Positions 41,483 through 51,321 of a stretch of DNA of 64,000 nucleotides are shown one piece after another (the first letter of the stretch is position 1; every line of letters begins with the position of its first letter). Source of the DNA: Dictyostelium discoideum (taxonomy: Eukaryota); contig CM000150.2 in NCBI GenBank assembly GCA_000004695.1, forward strand, positions 4,608,001-4,672,000. The letters run 5' to 3'. The position numbers and the translations under genes are program-made. The notes under the pieces are model-generated. The model saw only the letters and a program-made list of their open reading frames with translations. It was not told where the DNA came from and searched no databases.

Positions 41483-44400
41483 ATGGAAATCTTATTCTGG
41501 AAAGTTTTTAAAAATAAATATTTGTTTAGATTAATATTTGATGATGTAAAGAATCAAAGTATATATAGTGATCAAAGAAGACATATGATTTCAAAAAGAA
41601 TTAGATTTGAACAAATTCAATCATTAGAATGGTTAATTCAAAAGAAACAATATAATCTTTTAAAAGATAAATTAAAATCAAATCAACCAATACATATAAC
41701 TGAACAATCTATAAAGAGATTATTTCAAGATATTAAATCAATTGAAATTAAATCAAAACTTGGAAAACAAATAATTGAAATTTTAAAACTTTTATATCAC
41801 CACAAAAGAGATGAAATGAATACACTCGATTTAATTGAAACATCAATGATTTTTAATTCAAAAATTGCATTATCAACATTTTTAGAAATTTTCAATAATA
41901 CTACTGATGATAGTGAAGATGATGATGAAAATAATAATGAAAATAATAATAATAATAATAAATTATCAAAAGAATTATTTGATTTAGGTATAATTAATTC
42001 AAGTTTTGAATGTTTAAAATTTATAATTGAAAATTATTCAATTAATTATACAGAGTCAGATTTAATAAAGAATGCGTTGGATTCAAATGAACCAGATAGA
42101 ATGTTAGAATTTATTGAAATTGAATTAAAATTAGATTTAAAAGAATTGATTAATAAATATAGAGATAGGAAACAAAGTCATATTAAATGTTTATCAATTT
42201 ATTTTTTAAAATCAATTAGATATAAATTATTAATTTTAGAGAATAATTTCATTATTGATAAAGGTGATGATGGTGCACATAGTCAAACTATTTCAACGAC
42301 ATCATCGAATTTCGCTGCTATAATGGATGGTCCAAATAAGAATTCATTTCAAGAACAAGAGGAGAATTCTTCAAATTTAGATTTCAACAATTTAAAAGCA
42401 ATGCTATTGGAAAGATTTGATACGACTTTAAAGAGAACACCAATAATTGAATCAATGAAAAATGTTACAACAACTAATCAACTATTGGAATTACATAAAA
42501 AACATTTAGATTTACAATTTATATCATTCAATGTTATAAATGAAAGAGTTGATGATGAAATTCCAACATTTTTAAAATCGATTTTCTTAACTAGGAATAC
42601 ACTATTTCATCTTATTAAATTATCTTGTATGTATTTTAATTTGGATGCTTTGAATCTTTATTTTAAAGTTTCTAGTTCCGGTTGTGATTTAAGATTTCCA
42701 GATGCTGTAAATGTTTCATCATTCAATTATAATGGAATTAATAAATTGGTTCAATCTGAAACTAAAATAGTGGAATTTATAAATAAAGCCTTTGAAATAC
42801 TTTCAGAAAAACTACTTTATGAAAAAGATATCTTTAAAATCATTGTAAATGTATTATTAATTAAATATGATAGTAATGTAATTGAAGCAGTATTAAACAA
42901 TTGTTTATCTTTTTCAAGTCAATTTCTATCATTCATTTTAAATGATTCAATTAATGGTGATGAAGTTGTAAGGTTAATTTGGAAAAATCCAACAATACCA
43001 ATAGATAATTTATTAATAGTTTTATCAAGAAAACGTGAACCATTTAGAGAAAGAGGTTTATCATTATTCATTTCAAATCATACCGATCAAGATAAAATTA
43101 AAATTTTTAATAATATTTGTAAAGTTGATAGAATCTTATTAAAATCAAAAGGATTACAACCATCATTAACAAAATCCTATAGAAAGAAATTAATTGAAGA
43201 TTATTTACAATTAAATAAAAAATCATTATCAAATTCAATTAATATATTTAAACAATTAGATTTAGATTCAATTGAATTAAAAGATGAAATCATTTCATTT
43301 TTATTTAAAGATTTTATTTTAAATTCAATATTTAATAATGATAATGATTATGATAATGGTCAAGAAGAAGAAGAGGAGGAAGAAGATAAGGAAAATAAAA
43401 TTAAAATATTAAATGAAATTTTTACAAATATATCTCAAGTTTGTGGTGATGGTGAAAATCAAATAGTTTTTTCAATTGATTTATCAATTATTGAAAAAAT
43501 TACAATAATTTTTAAAATTTTAAAAAATAATTTTATAAATATTGAAATTATAAAGAAATCAATTGAAAAAGGATTTTCAGATGAATTAATTATAAAATTA
43601 TTTCAACTTTCAAAAGAATGTAATTCGATTATACCAAAGGATATAATTTTTAATAGTTTATTAGTTGATAAAAGATATTTTTTAGTTAGTAACCTTATTG
43701 AATCATTTAAAGAATCAAATGGTAAAATTCAATATTTTACACCATCACCATTTTCATTGGATCCAAGTTTTAGAGAATCAAGTTTAAATGTTGATAGATT
43801 ATTTACAAATTTAAAGAATAAACAATTTTTAAGTTCAAAAATTCCATTAGGTGCAGATTGGAATCTAACAAGTCATAATGAATTTCTTTTAGATTTTAAA
43901 TCTTCAAATTCAATTGCCAGTTGTTTCTTTAAGAGAAGTGATATTTTTGAACATTTAATTGAATTTTTAGATTTCAGTAGGTTTAAATCAATTTATTCTT
44001 TAGATCATTCATTTGATGAAAAAATAAAGAAATCATTACCTTCACTTATAAAAGCAAATAGATTAGATCTTTTACAATATTATTTCCCATTCATTCAATT
44101 TCAATCGTCAAATGAAGTTACACCATTAATAATGTTATCAATTCAATTGGGTAATATTCAAATTTTAAATTTCTTTTTAAACTATCCAACTTTTAAAAAC
44201 TCTGAAATACAATTAGATTTTCAAGAACTTTTTAGAGAATCTTTAAAATTTTGTCATTTTAATATTATTAAATTATTAATTTCAACCGTTTCAAATAGTA
44301 ATAATAATAAAAAGAATTCCCTTGAAATTAATTCAAATCAAATTTGTCATCTTATTATCAATAATAGATTAGAGATTTTAAAATACCTATACAAAGAAAG

Positions 44401-44713
44401 GTTATTGGGAATTTCTGATTTTCAAGATTTCTCACTTGATACTCGTACAAATTCAATCATTTCCAGAAAATCTTTATTTGCTACTCGTCTACAAAAAGAT
44501 AATTATACTTTCTTTGCAAATTATCTGTACCCAATTTTTATATCACCATCAAATATTATATTACCTGAAAAATTATTTTATTTTATATTAAAAATTAAAG
44601 AAAATGATTGTTTAGTTTTTAACGAAAAAAAAACAAAAAAAATCATTGAAATTCGTAATAACAAAAGATTAGAAAAATTAATAAAACAAAAAAATAAAAT
44701 GAAATTAACTTAA
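41483..44713 (+). CDS. hypothetical 1076-aa protein
   Basis: Single long ORF with Dictyostelium-typical composition. It has an N-terminal MEILFWKVFKNKYLFRLIF motif and an acidic/Asn tract. No family was recognised. Confidence 0.55.
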   Translation: MEILFWKVFKNKYLFRLIFDDVKNQSIYSDQRRHMISKRIRFEQIQSLEWLIQKKQYNLLKDKLKSNQPIHITEQSIKRLFQDIKSIEIKSKLGKQIIEILKLLYHHKRDEMNTLDLIETSMIFNSKIALSTFLEIFNNTTDDSEDDDENNNENNNNNNKLSKELFDLGIINSSFECLKFIIENYSINYTESDLIKNALDSNEPDRMLEFIEIELKLDLKELINKYRDRKQSHIKCLSIYFLKSIRYKLLILENNFIIDKGDDGAHSQTISTTSSNFAAIMDGPNKNSFQEQEENSSNLDFNNLKAMLLERFDTTLKRTPIIESMKNVTTTNQLLELHKKHLDLQFISFNVINERVDDEIPTFLKSIFLTRNTLFHLIKLSCMYFNLDALNLYFKVSSSGCDLRFPDAVNVSSFNYNGINKLVQSETKIVEFINKAFEILSEKLLYEKDIFKIIVNVLLIKYDSNVIEAVLNNCLSFSSQFLSFILNDSINGDEVVRLIWKNPTIPIDNLLIVLSRKREPFRERGLSLFISNHTDQDKIKIFNNICKVDRILLKSKGLQPSLTKSYRKKLIEDYLQLNKKSLSNSINIFKQLDLDSIELKDEIISFLFKDFILNSIFNNDNDYDNGQEEEEEEEDKENKIKILNEIFTNISQVCGDGENQIVFSIDLSIIEKITIIFKILKNNFINIEIIKKSIEKGFSDELIIKLFQLSKECNSIIPKDIIFNSLLVDKRYFLVSNLIESFKESNGKIQYFTPSPFSLDPSFRESSLNVDRLFTNLKNKQFLSSKIPLGADWNLTSHNEFLLDFKSSNSIASCFFKRSDIFEHLIEFLDFSRFKSIYSLDHSFDEKIKKSLPSLIKANRLDLLQYYFPFIQFQSSNEVTPLIMLSIQLGNIQILNFFLNYPTFKNSEIQLDFQELFRESLKFCHFNIIKLLISTVSNSNNNKKNSLEINSNQICHLIINNRLEILKYLYKERLLGISDFQDFSLDTRTNSIISRKSLFATRLQKDNYTFFANYLYPIFISPSNIILPEKLFYFILKIKENDCLVFNEKKTKKIIEIRNNKRLEKLIKQKNKMKLT

Positions 44714-44828
44714 AATAAAATTCTTATTTAAATTTTATTATTACTATGAAGATTTGTTTTAATTATTTATTTATTAAATTTAATTTTATTTTTTATTTTT
44801 CTTTATTATTTTCTTTTTTTGGTTGTAT

Positions 44829-45941
44829 TTATATACATAATAGAGATACTGAATTCATATCAGGAACACAATTTCCAGTTGATTGATCACAGTAGTGATT
44901 TCTACAAATTAATCCTATAAGAATAATGTCCACAACTTTTTTTGGTGGGCATGTAATATTTGTATGTGTACAACCATTTAGACCACATTGATCTATAGTG
45001 CATTTCTTTCCATCATTACAATTTGAATTATTCAATGTGAATTGGCAACCAGTGGAGGGATTACAGGTGTCATCAGAACATGGATTTCCATCTTCGCAAA
45101 CTATTGGAACTGGTAATGAACAACCATCTTCAGTACATGTACTATTTACACATTTATTACCATTTGTACAAATAGTATCATTTAATATTGAACCACATCC
45201 AAATAAGGGATGACAAAAATCTTCTGAACATGGGTTATCATCATCACAATCGACCTCTTGTTGAACACATCCATTGTCGGTACATATACCTTCGGAACAT
45301 GCACTTAGTGAATCACAATTCCAATCGTTTTTTTGTGAAACACATCCGTTTTTAAAATCGCAATAATCATCTGTGCATGGATTACCATCATTGCAATTAT
45401 CTTCTACGTATTTACAGCCAAACTCTCCACATACTCCACTTAGGACACAAGTAGAGAAGTTACTTGCTTTATTTGAACAAATGGTATCATTGGAAAAGTG
45501 GATGCATTCTCCAAGTATTGGGTCACAATAGTCGTTGGTACATTCATTATCATCATGGCAATCAATTTCATCGTATTCACAAATACCAGTTTCTCTATTA
45601 CAACCTAATGGAATTTGACATGGGTTTGGTGCTGGACAATTTACTTTTGGTATAGCAACACAACCACTTTGAGTATCACATAGAAACATATCACATAAAT
45701 TTTCTGGTGGGCATAATGAATTATTTGGAGTATTTTTAACACCATATCTATCACTACATGTGTCGACTGTACAATCAACTTCATCATCTAAATCTATTGT
45801 TTCATATAAACATGTTGAATTTCTGCAACCTATAAATGAATAACAATTTCTATTTTCAACGCAATAAGTTTCTCCACAATACTCTGAACAACAAAGTTTT
45901 ATAGCAAATAATAAAAATACTACAATATATAATAATTTCAT
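44829..45941 (-). CDS. secreted cysteine-rich protein with Dictyostelium CTDC-type repeats
   Basis: 370-aa ORF with a signal peptide (MKLLYIVVFLLFAIKLCCS) and about 12 repeats of a C-x-D/E-G-N-P-C-T/S-x-D-x-C...GC module (for example NCNDGNPCTDDYCDFKNGC, CEDGNPCSDDTCNPSTGC). This matches the Dictyostelium 'slime mold repeat' (Dicty_CTDC) found in extracellular-matrix proteins. Confidence 0.65.
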   Translation of the reverse strand: MKLLYIVVFLLFAIKLCCSEYCGETYCVENRNCYSFIGCRNSTCLYETIDLDDEVDCTVDTCSDRYGVKNTPNNSLCPPENLCDMFLCDTQSGCVAIPKVNCPAPNPCQIPLGCNRETGICEYDEIDCHDDNECTNDYCDPILGECIHFSNDTICSNKASNFSTCVLSGVCGEFGCKYVEDNCNDGNPCTDDYCDFKNGCVSQKNDWNCDSLSACSEGICTDNGCVQQEVDCDDDNPCSEDFCHPLFGCGSILNDTICTNGNKCVNSTCTEDGCSLPVPIVCEDGNPCSDDTCNPSTGCQFTLNNSNCNDGKKCTIDQCGLNGCTHTNITCPPKKVVDIILIGLICRNHYCDQSTGNCVPDMNSVSLLCI

Positions 45942-46028
45942 ATTATTTAAAATTAGATTTAATTATTATAATAAATTAAATAGAATGTAGTTTGTTTATT
46001 TAAAAAAAGAATTTAAAAAAAAAAAAAA

Positions 46029-46062
<34 letters not shown>

Positions 46063-46260
46063 GATTTTGGTTACCGAAAAAAGTTTGATTTAAATAAACG
46101 GTTAATTTTATTATGTAATTTTGAAATAAAATTTATGACGAAAAAAAAAAAAAAGGAAAGAAATCTGGTTTGGAGATTTTTAGCTTGTGGGCCAATCTAA
46201 AAAAAAAAAAAATAATCTTGAATTAAAAATCATTGAACGGGGCTAATCAAATTAATATTT

Positions 46261-46292
<32 letters not shown>

Positions 46293-46440
46293 CCCAAAGA
46301 TATTGATTTTTAAAATATTAGACCCAATAAATTTAAAATTTTTCAGTTTTTATCTTTAGAAATGGAGTGATGAAAAAATTTTTTTTTTTTTTTTTTTTTT
46401 TAATTTAATTTTTAATTAATTTAAATTGAGAATCGTAAAA

Positions 46441-46590
46441 TTTATTGGGCAACTTTTAAAAAAAAACAAAATGTTTGGGCAACTTTTTAAAAAATTTATT
46501 GGGCAACTTGATCCTAAAAAACAAAATTTATTGGGCAACTTTTTAAAAAAAACAAAATGTTTGGTCCTTTAAAATATTATGGGTCAATTA
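46441..46590 (+). promoter_or_regulatory. cluster of 4-6 copies of a TTGGGCAACTT(TT) motif 150-300 bp upstream of the 46733 gene
   Basis: The motif occurs as tttattgggcaactttt (46441), tgtttgggcaacttttt (46473), tttattgggcaacttg (46495) and tttattgggcaacttttt (46528), with degenerate copies tgtttggtcc and attatgggtcaatt. Related GGGCCAATC and GGGGCTAATC sequences occur at 46190 and 46238. These are GC-containing boxes in an otherwise greater-than-90% AT promoter. Confidence 0.4.
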
Positions 46591-46732
46591 ATTCACAAAA
46601 ATCATTATTTTAAAGCAAAGGAAAATTTCAGGTAATACTATTTAAACTTAATAGTTTTTTTTTTAAAATTTTAAATACATTATATTTTTTTTTTAAAAAA
46701 AAAAAAATTTAATCACTATCGATTTTATCAAA

Positions 46733-47617
46733 ATGAAAAAAGTTATCTTTTTATCTTTAATTGTTTTTTTATGTTTATTACTTTTACCTTCAAATGATGC
46801 TCATATAGTAAATGATCCCACATTACCAGATTATATTGGTTTGGTTAGAGGTGGTAAGATTTATTTCTTTTAATTAAAATTGAAATTTTAATTTTAAAAA
46901 AACTAATTATATTTCATTTTAGGAATTTGTAGTATTCCAGTTTATGGTGCAGCCATAGATTCTTGTTTATATTTTGTATTCAATTTGGTATGTATTATTA
47001 AATTATTAAATTATGATAAAAAAGCTTTAAAATATTAATTTTAAAATCTAGTTTTATCCAAAACAACCAGAAGAACCAAAAGTAACGTAAGTAAAACACT
47101 TTTTATAAAAATAAAAGATATATATTGTAAATATATTTACAAATAATTTTAAAATTTAATTTAATTTAGAATGAAAGAGTTTAACGAAAGGTTGGAATTT
47201 ATTGCAAAAGATATGAAAACCTATACCAATAAAGTCATTAATGCAAGTGTTCTTCAAACATGCAGATATCAATTTAAAACTTTGAAAAAATCTTCAGATA
47301 ATTATATGGATATGCTCAATATATGGAAAAAAGAATTTGGTGCAACTGGTTTAACTACAGAAGAAACTAAAAACAATTTACCACCAGTGTTTTATGTTTT
47401 TTTAAGTAAATTGGAAGATTGTTTAATACAATTTTCAGATCCAACTCGTATTAGCCTCTTAGCCAAATTGTATATTGATACTGCAGTAATATACTCAGCA
47501 CTACTCCGTGATGCTAATTATAATGGAATTTCAATGGGTTTACATCCAGGAATTGTAAATGGAACAAACAAAGATATAATATTTAGTGCTAAAATTCGAT
47601 TACATTCACTTGATGTA

Positions 47618-47698
<81 letters not shown>

Positions 47699-48612
47699 CT
47701 AATTCTTTATTATGATTACATGTTAAATAGGTGTTTTCAAATTATATGATTATTTTACCACAAATATTAATTCAAAATGATAATAGATGTAGAACAAATT
47801 CAAATGGAAATTGGCGTTGTGAAGATAAATTTCCAGTACCAGATTGGAGCGGAACTATTTCACTATTCTTGTACTCAGATGTTACAAGATATGACCGTGA
47901 GGTAGTTTATAAACCAACCTCGACATCCTCAACAGGTGAAAGAATCAGTTGGGAACGTGGAGATAATACACAGAAAGGTGATAGTGGAACAATTATTATT
48001 CGTGACTTTGCAGATGTTGGTAGAAATATTAAAAAAGGTGTAGTTTGGACGTTGCCTTATGAAAGACCTCAACAATCTTTTGATTTTTTAACAGGATGCT
48101 ATGGAATTTACGTTCAATCTTATCCCTATAGAAAGTATGTTTCAGATGATGCTGTTGATATAACTTTTGTTGAGACTGAAAATCAACCAAATTATGATAT
48201 AGCCTTCATTCAAAGCTTTTTGTTATCCAAGCCAAACAATCAAGTTAAAATCAGAATTTATTATTCATATCACTTAAATAAAACCTATGAATATATACCA
48301 AATAACTTTCAACTAAAAGTAATAAAAACAAACTCAAATGGATATGAACTTAATAAAATTAGAAGAATTCTTGCCTCTGGATCTGATGACCTTTATTATT
48401 TAAATAAAACATACAGTTTTCATACTCAAGGATCAAGTAAAAACTTGGTTACTCGTTTAACATTCCATCAAAATAGAAGTTATCAATTGTATGATAGATT
48501 TGTATTTGAAACTCCAAAATTTGATGTAGGAAAGGATTTCTCTGTAATTCTATTACCAATCTCAAGATTTTCAATCCATTTATTTTCTATAGAAGTTATA
48601 TCTGATAAATAA
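46733..48612 (+). CDS. hypothetical secreted protein (5 exons); parent of the decayed copies at 50.5-51.2 kb
   Basis: Exons 46733..46853 (signal peptide), 46923..46987, 47052..47086, 47170..47614, 47731..48612. Donors are GTAAGA, GTATGT, GTAAGT, GTAAGT. Intron 4 is GTAAGT plus about 78 T plus a short acceptor region. The track ORFs 47171.. and 47731.. are the exon 4/5 bodies. No homologs were recognised. Confidence 0.55.
47621..47698. repeat. roughly 78-nt poly(T) homopolymer making up most of intron 4 of the 46733..48612 gene
   Basis: The intron is GTAAGT followed by an uninterrupted T run and then ctaattctttattatgattacatgttaaatag. Confidence 0.9.
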
Positions 48613-48992
48613 AATATTTAATCATGAGATAATATTTTTTTATTTTCTTAAATAAAATAATTACTCCAATAAAAATTTAGTTTTCTTTATTTCTACTTTT
48701 TTTTTTTTATTTTTTTTATTTTTGGTGTAGTAATTATTTTATTTTTGTTTTTATTTCTATTTTTTCAACCTCATTAACTCTCCTCTGTCTTAATTAGAAT
48801 TAAAACAAGTAAAAAAAAATTTCAAATAAATTAATTTTTACCAGCACACTGTTAATAATATTTTTTTTTTTTTTTTTTTTGGGAGATCTAACCACAACCA
48901 ACCTTTAATGTGGTTATTATTTTTTTTTTTCAGTGATTTCAAATTTTTAATATAAATTGATTTTTACAATAATAATAATAATTAATAATAAT

Positions 48993-49054
<62 letters not shown>

Positions 49055-49371
49055 TAATAATAATAATAAAAATAATAATAAACTGAATTGGAGAGCACTA
49101 AAATTATTAACTTGTAAAAAGTTTTTTTGAAGTAATTATCTCACAAGTATGGGTTAAAATTAATTTACGTTTTTATCACCCCAACAGTTTATTAAATAAA
49201 TTAATTTTTTATTTATAAATAATTAATATTATTTTTTTTTTTTTCTATAATAATTAATATTATTATTTTAGGTATTTAAACAATTATAAAAAAAAAATTA
49301 ATTTCATTTTCAAAAAATTTTATTCAATTGTAAATAACCAATTAAAATAAAATAAATTATTAAATTTAAAA

Positions 49372-50181
49372 ATGAAATTATTATTAGTTTTATTATCTCT
49401 TCTTTTAACATTTTCAGTATTGGTACAATCTGAAGAAGCCTATTTTGCTTTAAAAACCTATCAAGACAATGATTTTATTTTCAAATTAACTGATTCAGAA
49501 AAAATACAAAAAGCCAGAGATATTTTGTCTGGAAGTATGTTATAAATTTTAACAAACTTTAATAATAATAGTAACAATATACACGATTTTATAAAAATAT
49601 CCATATGCTAAAAATATTTTTTTATTTTTAAAATATAGAGGAAACTGAAGAAGTTCATGTAATGGGTAGAATTAGAAAGTCAAATAAAGACTATAATCCA
49701 AGTAAATATTGTTTTGACTTTTAATTAATTTTTTTATAATTATTTTACTAATTTCATTTCATCACTTATAGAGTATTCCTTTCATATTGACCCAGATACA
49801 GTCACATTTTTCAGTATGGCCATTGAAGTTTGTGATGCTACAGCTAGTTATGTAGAAGATTACCTTGATGAGGCCTGTGGTGGTGAGTATTTTAATATAT
49901 AAATTATAAAATTTTAATTAAAAACTAATACAATATTATTATTATTATTATTATTATTATTTTTTTTTATTTTTTTTTTATTTTTTTTATAAAATAAATA
50001 ATAGCTTTCCTCCCAGGGTATGTATTTAATTAAATATAATTTTGAAAAAATTAAAAACTACAATTTGATTAACACATATTTTTTTATAAAAAAAAAAAAT
50101 ATATATATAAATAATAAATGATTCAATAGTTGCTTCTGGTGTCCATGGGCTTCAAAGCTAACAAAAGAAATTAAAGTTTAA
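49372..50181 (+). CDS. small hypothetical secreted protein (4-5 short exons)
   Basis: Exons 49372..49534 (signal peptide MKLLLVLLSLLLTFSVLVQS), 49639..49701, 49772..49882, an optional 13-nt micro-exon 50005..50017, and a terminal exon 50130..50181. The product ends ...FHIDPDTVTFFSMAIEVCDATASYVEDYLDEACG(AFLP)GCFWCPWASKLTKEIKV. The first three exons are reasonably secure. The 3' end is uncertain. Confidence 0.4.
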
Positions 50182-50535
50182 GAGTTAAATCAAATTAGCC
50201 ATGATAAATCAAATTAAATAATTTTTAAAAAAATTATTAATAAAGTTTTTTTTAACTAAAGTTTTTATAAAAAAAAATATGTATATTCTTTATAAAATAT
50301 TTTCTTGTTTTTAAATACTGCACTTCTTTGTGATGGTTATTTCAATGGATTTTAATGGTTTTACATAAATCATAAATAAATGAAACAATATCAGATGAAA
50401 TGACTTTTTCAACAAAACTATAACTACATTCAAAAGAGGTATTTTCTAACTATATGTATATTTTGTCAAGGTTTAATGTGGCTGCTGAAATTAATATTGT
50501 AATTCTAGCAGACATAAGTCCATATTAATTTTGGC

Positions 50536-50690
50536 ATGGGACACTTGGAACATAAATCCTATAGGCACCTATAGGATATTACAAAATCAAAACTTTGTTT
50601 ATACCTTAATTACCAAATTATACCTTGATCTATATTTTTACCAACATCAGCAAAGTAACTTATATGAGGAATACCTCTATCACCATAATA
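50536..50690 (-). pseudogene. frameshifted fragment homologous to exon 5 of the 46733..48612 gene
   Basis: The minus-strand translation gives ...GDRGIPHISYFADVGKNIDQGIIW*LRYKQSFDFVISY..., which matches GDSGTIIIRDFADVGRNIKKGVVWTLPYERPQQSFDFLTGCY of the parent gene. It has an internal stop and frameshifts and no flanking exons. It sits in a GC-richer patch (about 35% GC) that is atypical for local intergenic DNA. Confidence 0.4.
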
Positions 50691-50840
50691 ACATCAATAC
50701 ATTACTTTGGTATTAATTCCCATGCAACTCTATCTCGACCTTTTATTGAGGGGTAAAATTGTACAAAAAGATCATATGTTTTAACATCAGAGTATAAAAA
50801 CAGTGATATTTTACCACTTCAATCTGGCACTGGATCATAA

Positions 50841-51171
50841 ATTAAAAAAGTTATCCTTTTATCATTTTTTGTACTTCCTTCCTTTGGTTCTGGTTATAGT
50901 TTAAATGACCCGACTACTCCTAATTATGTTGGTTTGGTTCGTGGGGGTATTTATTTTTTTTTTAATTTATTTTAAAATAATAATTAATAATTTTGTTTTT
51001 TTATAAGGTATATGCTCTATCCCTACTTACGGGGCAATAGTAGATTCTATTTTCGGATTTGTTTTTGAAACTGAAACTTTGGTTGTTTCTTCAAATAAAT
51101 TTACAATACTCATTTTACCAATACAAAGATTTTCCACCCATTTATTAACCTTAGAGGTTATTATTGATTAA
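50841..51171 (+). pseudogene. internally deleted, start-less copy of the 46733..48612 gene (signal-peptide exon + exon 2 fused to the C-terminal end)
   Basis: The fragment encodes KKVILLSFFVLPSFGSGYSLNDPTTPNYVGLVRG|GICSIPTYGAIVDSIFGFVF...FTILILPIQRFSTHLLTLEVIID*, which parallels the parent MKKVIFLSLIV...NDPTLPDYIGLVRGG|ICSIPVYGAAIDSC...FSVILLPISRFSIHLFSIEVISDK*. The ATG is replaced by ATT (ataaATTaaaaaag versus caaaATGaaaaaag). The first intron is retained at the same position, and about 450 codons of the middle are absent. Confidence 0.5.
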
Positions 51172-51265
51172 TAAAAAAAATAAAAAAATAAAAATAAAAT
51201 AAAATTATTAAATTAAAAAAAAAAAGAAAAACATCTTATATACAAATGTTTATTAGAGTGTACAA

Positions 51266-51315
<50 letters not shown>

Positions 51316-51321
<6 letters not shown>

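Noticed and set aside
44998-45655. Plus-strand ORFs 44998..45213 and 45464..45655 inside the CTDC-repeat gene
   Set aside because: They are antisense to a 370-aa Cys-repeat ORF with a signal peptide, and have no independent features.
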